DNA of 63,346 bases, the filler included, from Octopus bimaculoides (lineage: Eukaryota): the NCBI RefSeq assembly GCF_001194135.2. It is 5 parts of 5 records of this genome, joined end to end, with 100 filler letters (N's around TTAATTAATTAA, not from the genome) between each part and the next. Parts side by side here need not be neighbours in the genome. Positions count along the whole stretch, not along the records: positions 58,913 to 63,346 come from NC_069005.1; 4 more parts are not named here. One strand, written 5' to 3'. Within the stretch, counting starts at the first letter, position 1; each line of letters starts with the position of its first letter. A program made the position numbers and the translations under genes. Under the pieces are notes generated by a model, which saw only the letters and a list, made by a program, of their open reading frames with translations, ran no database searches and was not told the DNA's origin. Of the stretch, positions 62,674-63,346 are shown in pieces.

Positions 62674-63037
62674 CTCTTTAGCATTCGGATTACTGTCAAA
62701 TGAAATATTTATTCATTCAGATTAATATAATATGAATATAATTATATAATGTATTATAATTATAGTGTAATATAATGAATAAGTATTACATTATAATTAA
62801 TGTAAGACTTATCCATTAGTTATAATTATAGCTAATATTAGTTATAATAATTATGCATTGTTAGAACTAGTAATGCATAATTAGTTATGCATCATCTTGT
62901 AGCTTTGAGATTTTGATGATGTGATTGTTTATTTTTAGAATGACATTGTAGGGTAGGTGTGAGAAGCTAGATTTGGCTGGTTTCAGTATAAAACAAGAAT
63001 ATTTGAGCCAGATATGGCTGGTTTGAATGCTGAAGGG
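62674..63037. mobile_element. piggyBac-type MITE
   Basis: TTAA on both flanks (62670-62673, 63038-63041). TIRs CTCTTTAGCATTC / GAATGCTGAAGGG. A partial inverted copy lies at ~61758-61925. Confidence 0.78.
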
Positions 63038-63346
63038 TTAAAGACTCAGACAGTGCAACCTAATAAGATCGTAATGCCTTAGGTCAGCCAGATCAGGACT
63101 GACCTGGGGCTAAACACCACCAGCAACAAGAAAAGATGCTTTAGATAATGTAGTCCCAGGTACAAGATGTCTGAGCAAAAGACAGGATGGCCACAACTGG
63201 GACGTCTGTCATCATAGGGCCATTGGAGCAAGGAGTGGCTGTATGGCAAGTAGCTTGCTTCCCAACCACATGGTTCTGGGTTCAGTCCCACTGTGTGGCA
63301 CCTTGGGCAAGTGTCTTCTGCTATAGCCTCGGGCCGACCAAAGCCT

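Overview
AT-rich, microsatellite-dense animal genomic DNA, most likely a coleoid cephalopod (Octopus-like). That assignment is inference from the G-gamma sequence and the repeat landscape. The window is not one locus. Four identical 100-bp artificial spacers (44 N + TTAATTAATTAA + 44 N) split it into five unrelated scaffolds: 1-14761, 14862-28865, 28966-49728, 49829-58812 and 58913-63346. Two host genes are recognisable once exons are spliced by hand. One is a complete two-exon heterotrimeric G-protein gamma subunit (+, 40896-44484, 84 aa, NPW motif and CaaX, with a basic/acidic N-terminal extension like the cephalopod photoreceptor G-gamma). The other is five consecutive phase-compatible exons of CEP192/Spd-2 (-, 59305-62502). 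A third, unidentified four-exon ORF (+, 29050-31366) lies upstream of the G-gamma gene on the same scaffold. The rest is at least three tRNA-derived SINE families, decayed LINEs (RTE, CR1/L2-group, R4/Dong), Penelope-like fragments (one with a minimal hammerhead ribozyme core), a Ty3/Gypsy remnant, Tc1/mariner/Tigger remnants, MITEs and simple repeats. Most ORFs in the supplied track are artefacts of gaps and microsatellites. I found no evidence for CRISPR, rRNA or intact tRNA genes, and no convincing wholly new multi-gene system. The best leads are the unidentified gene, the atypical G-gamma, the hammerhead motif and a 26-bp palindromic array.
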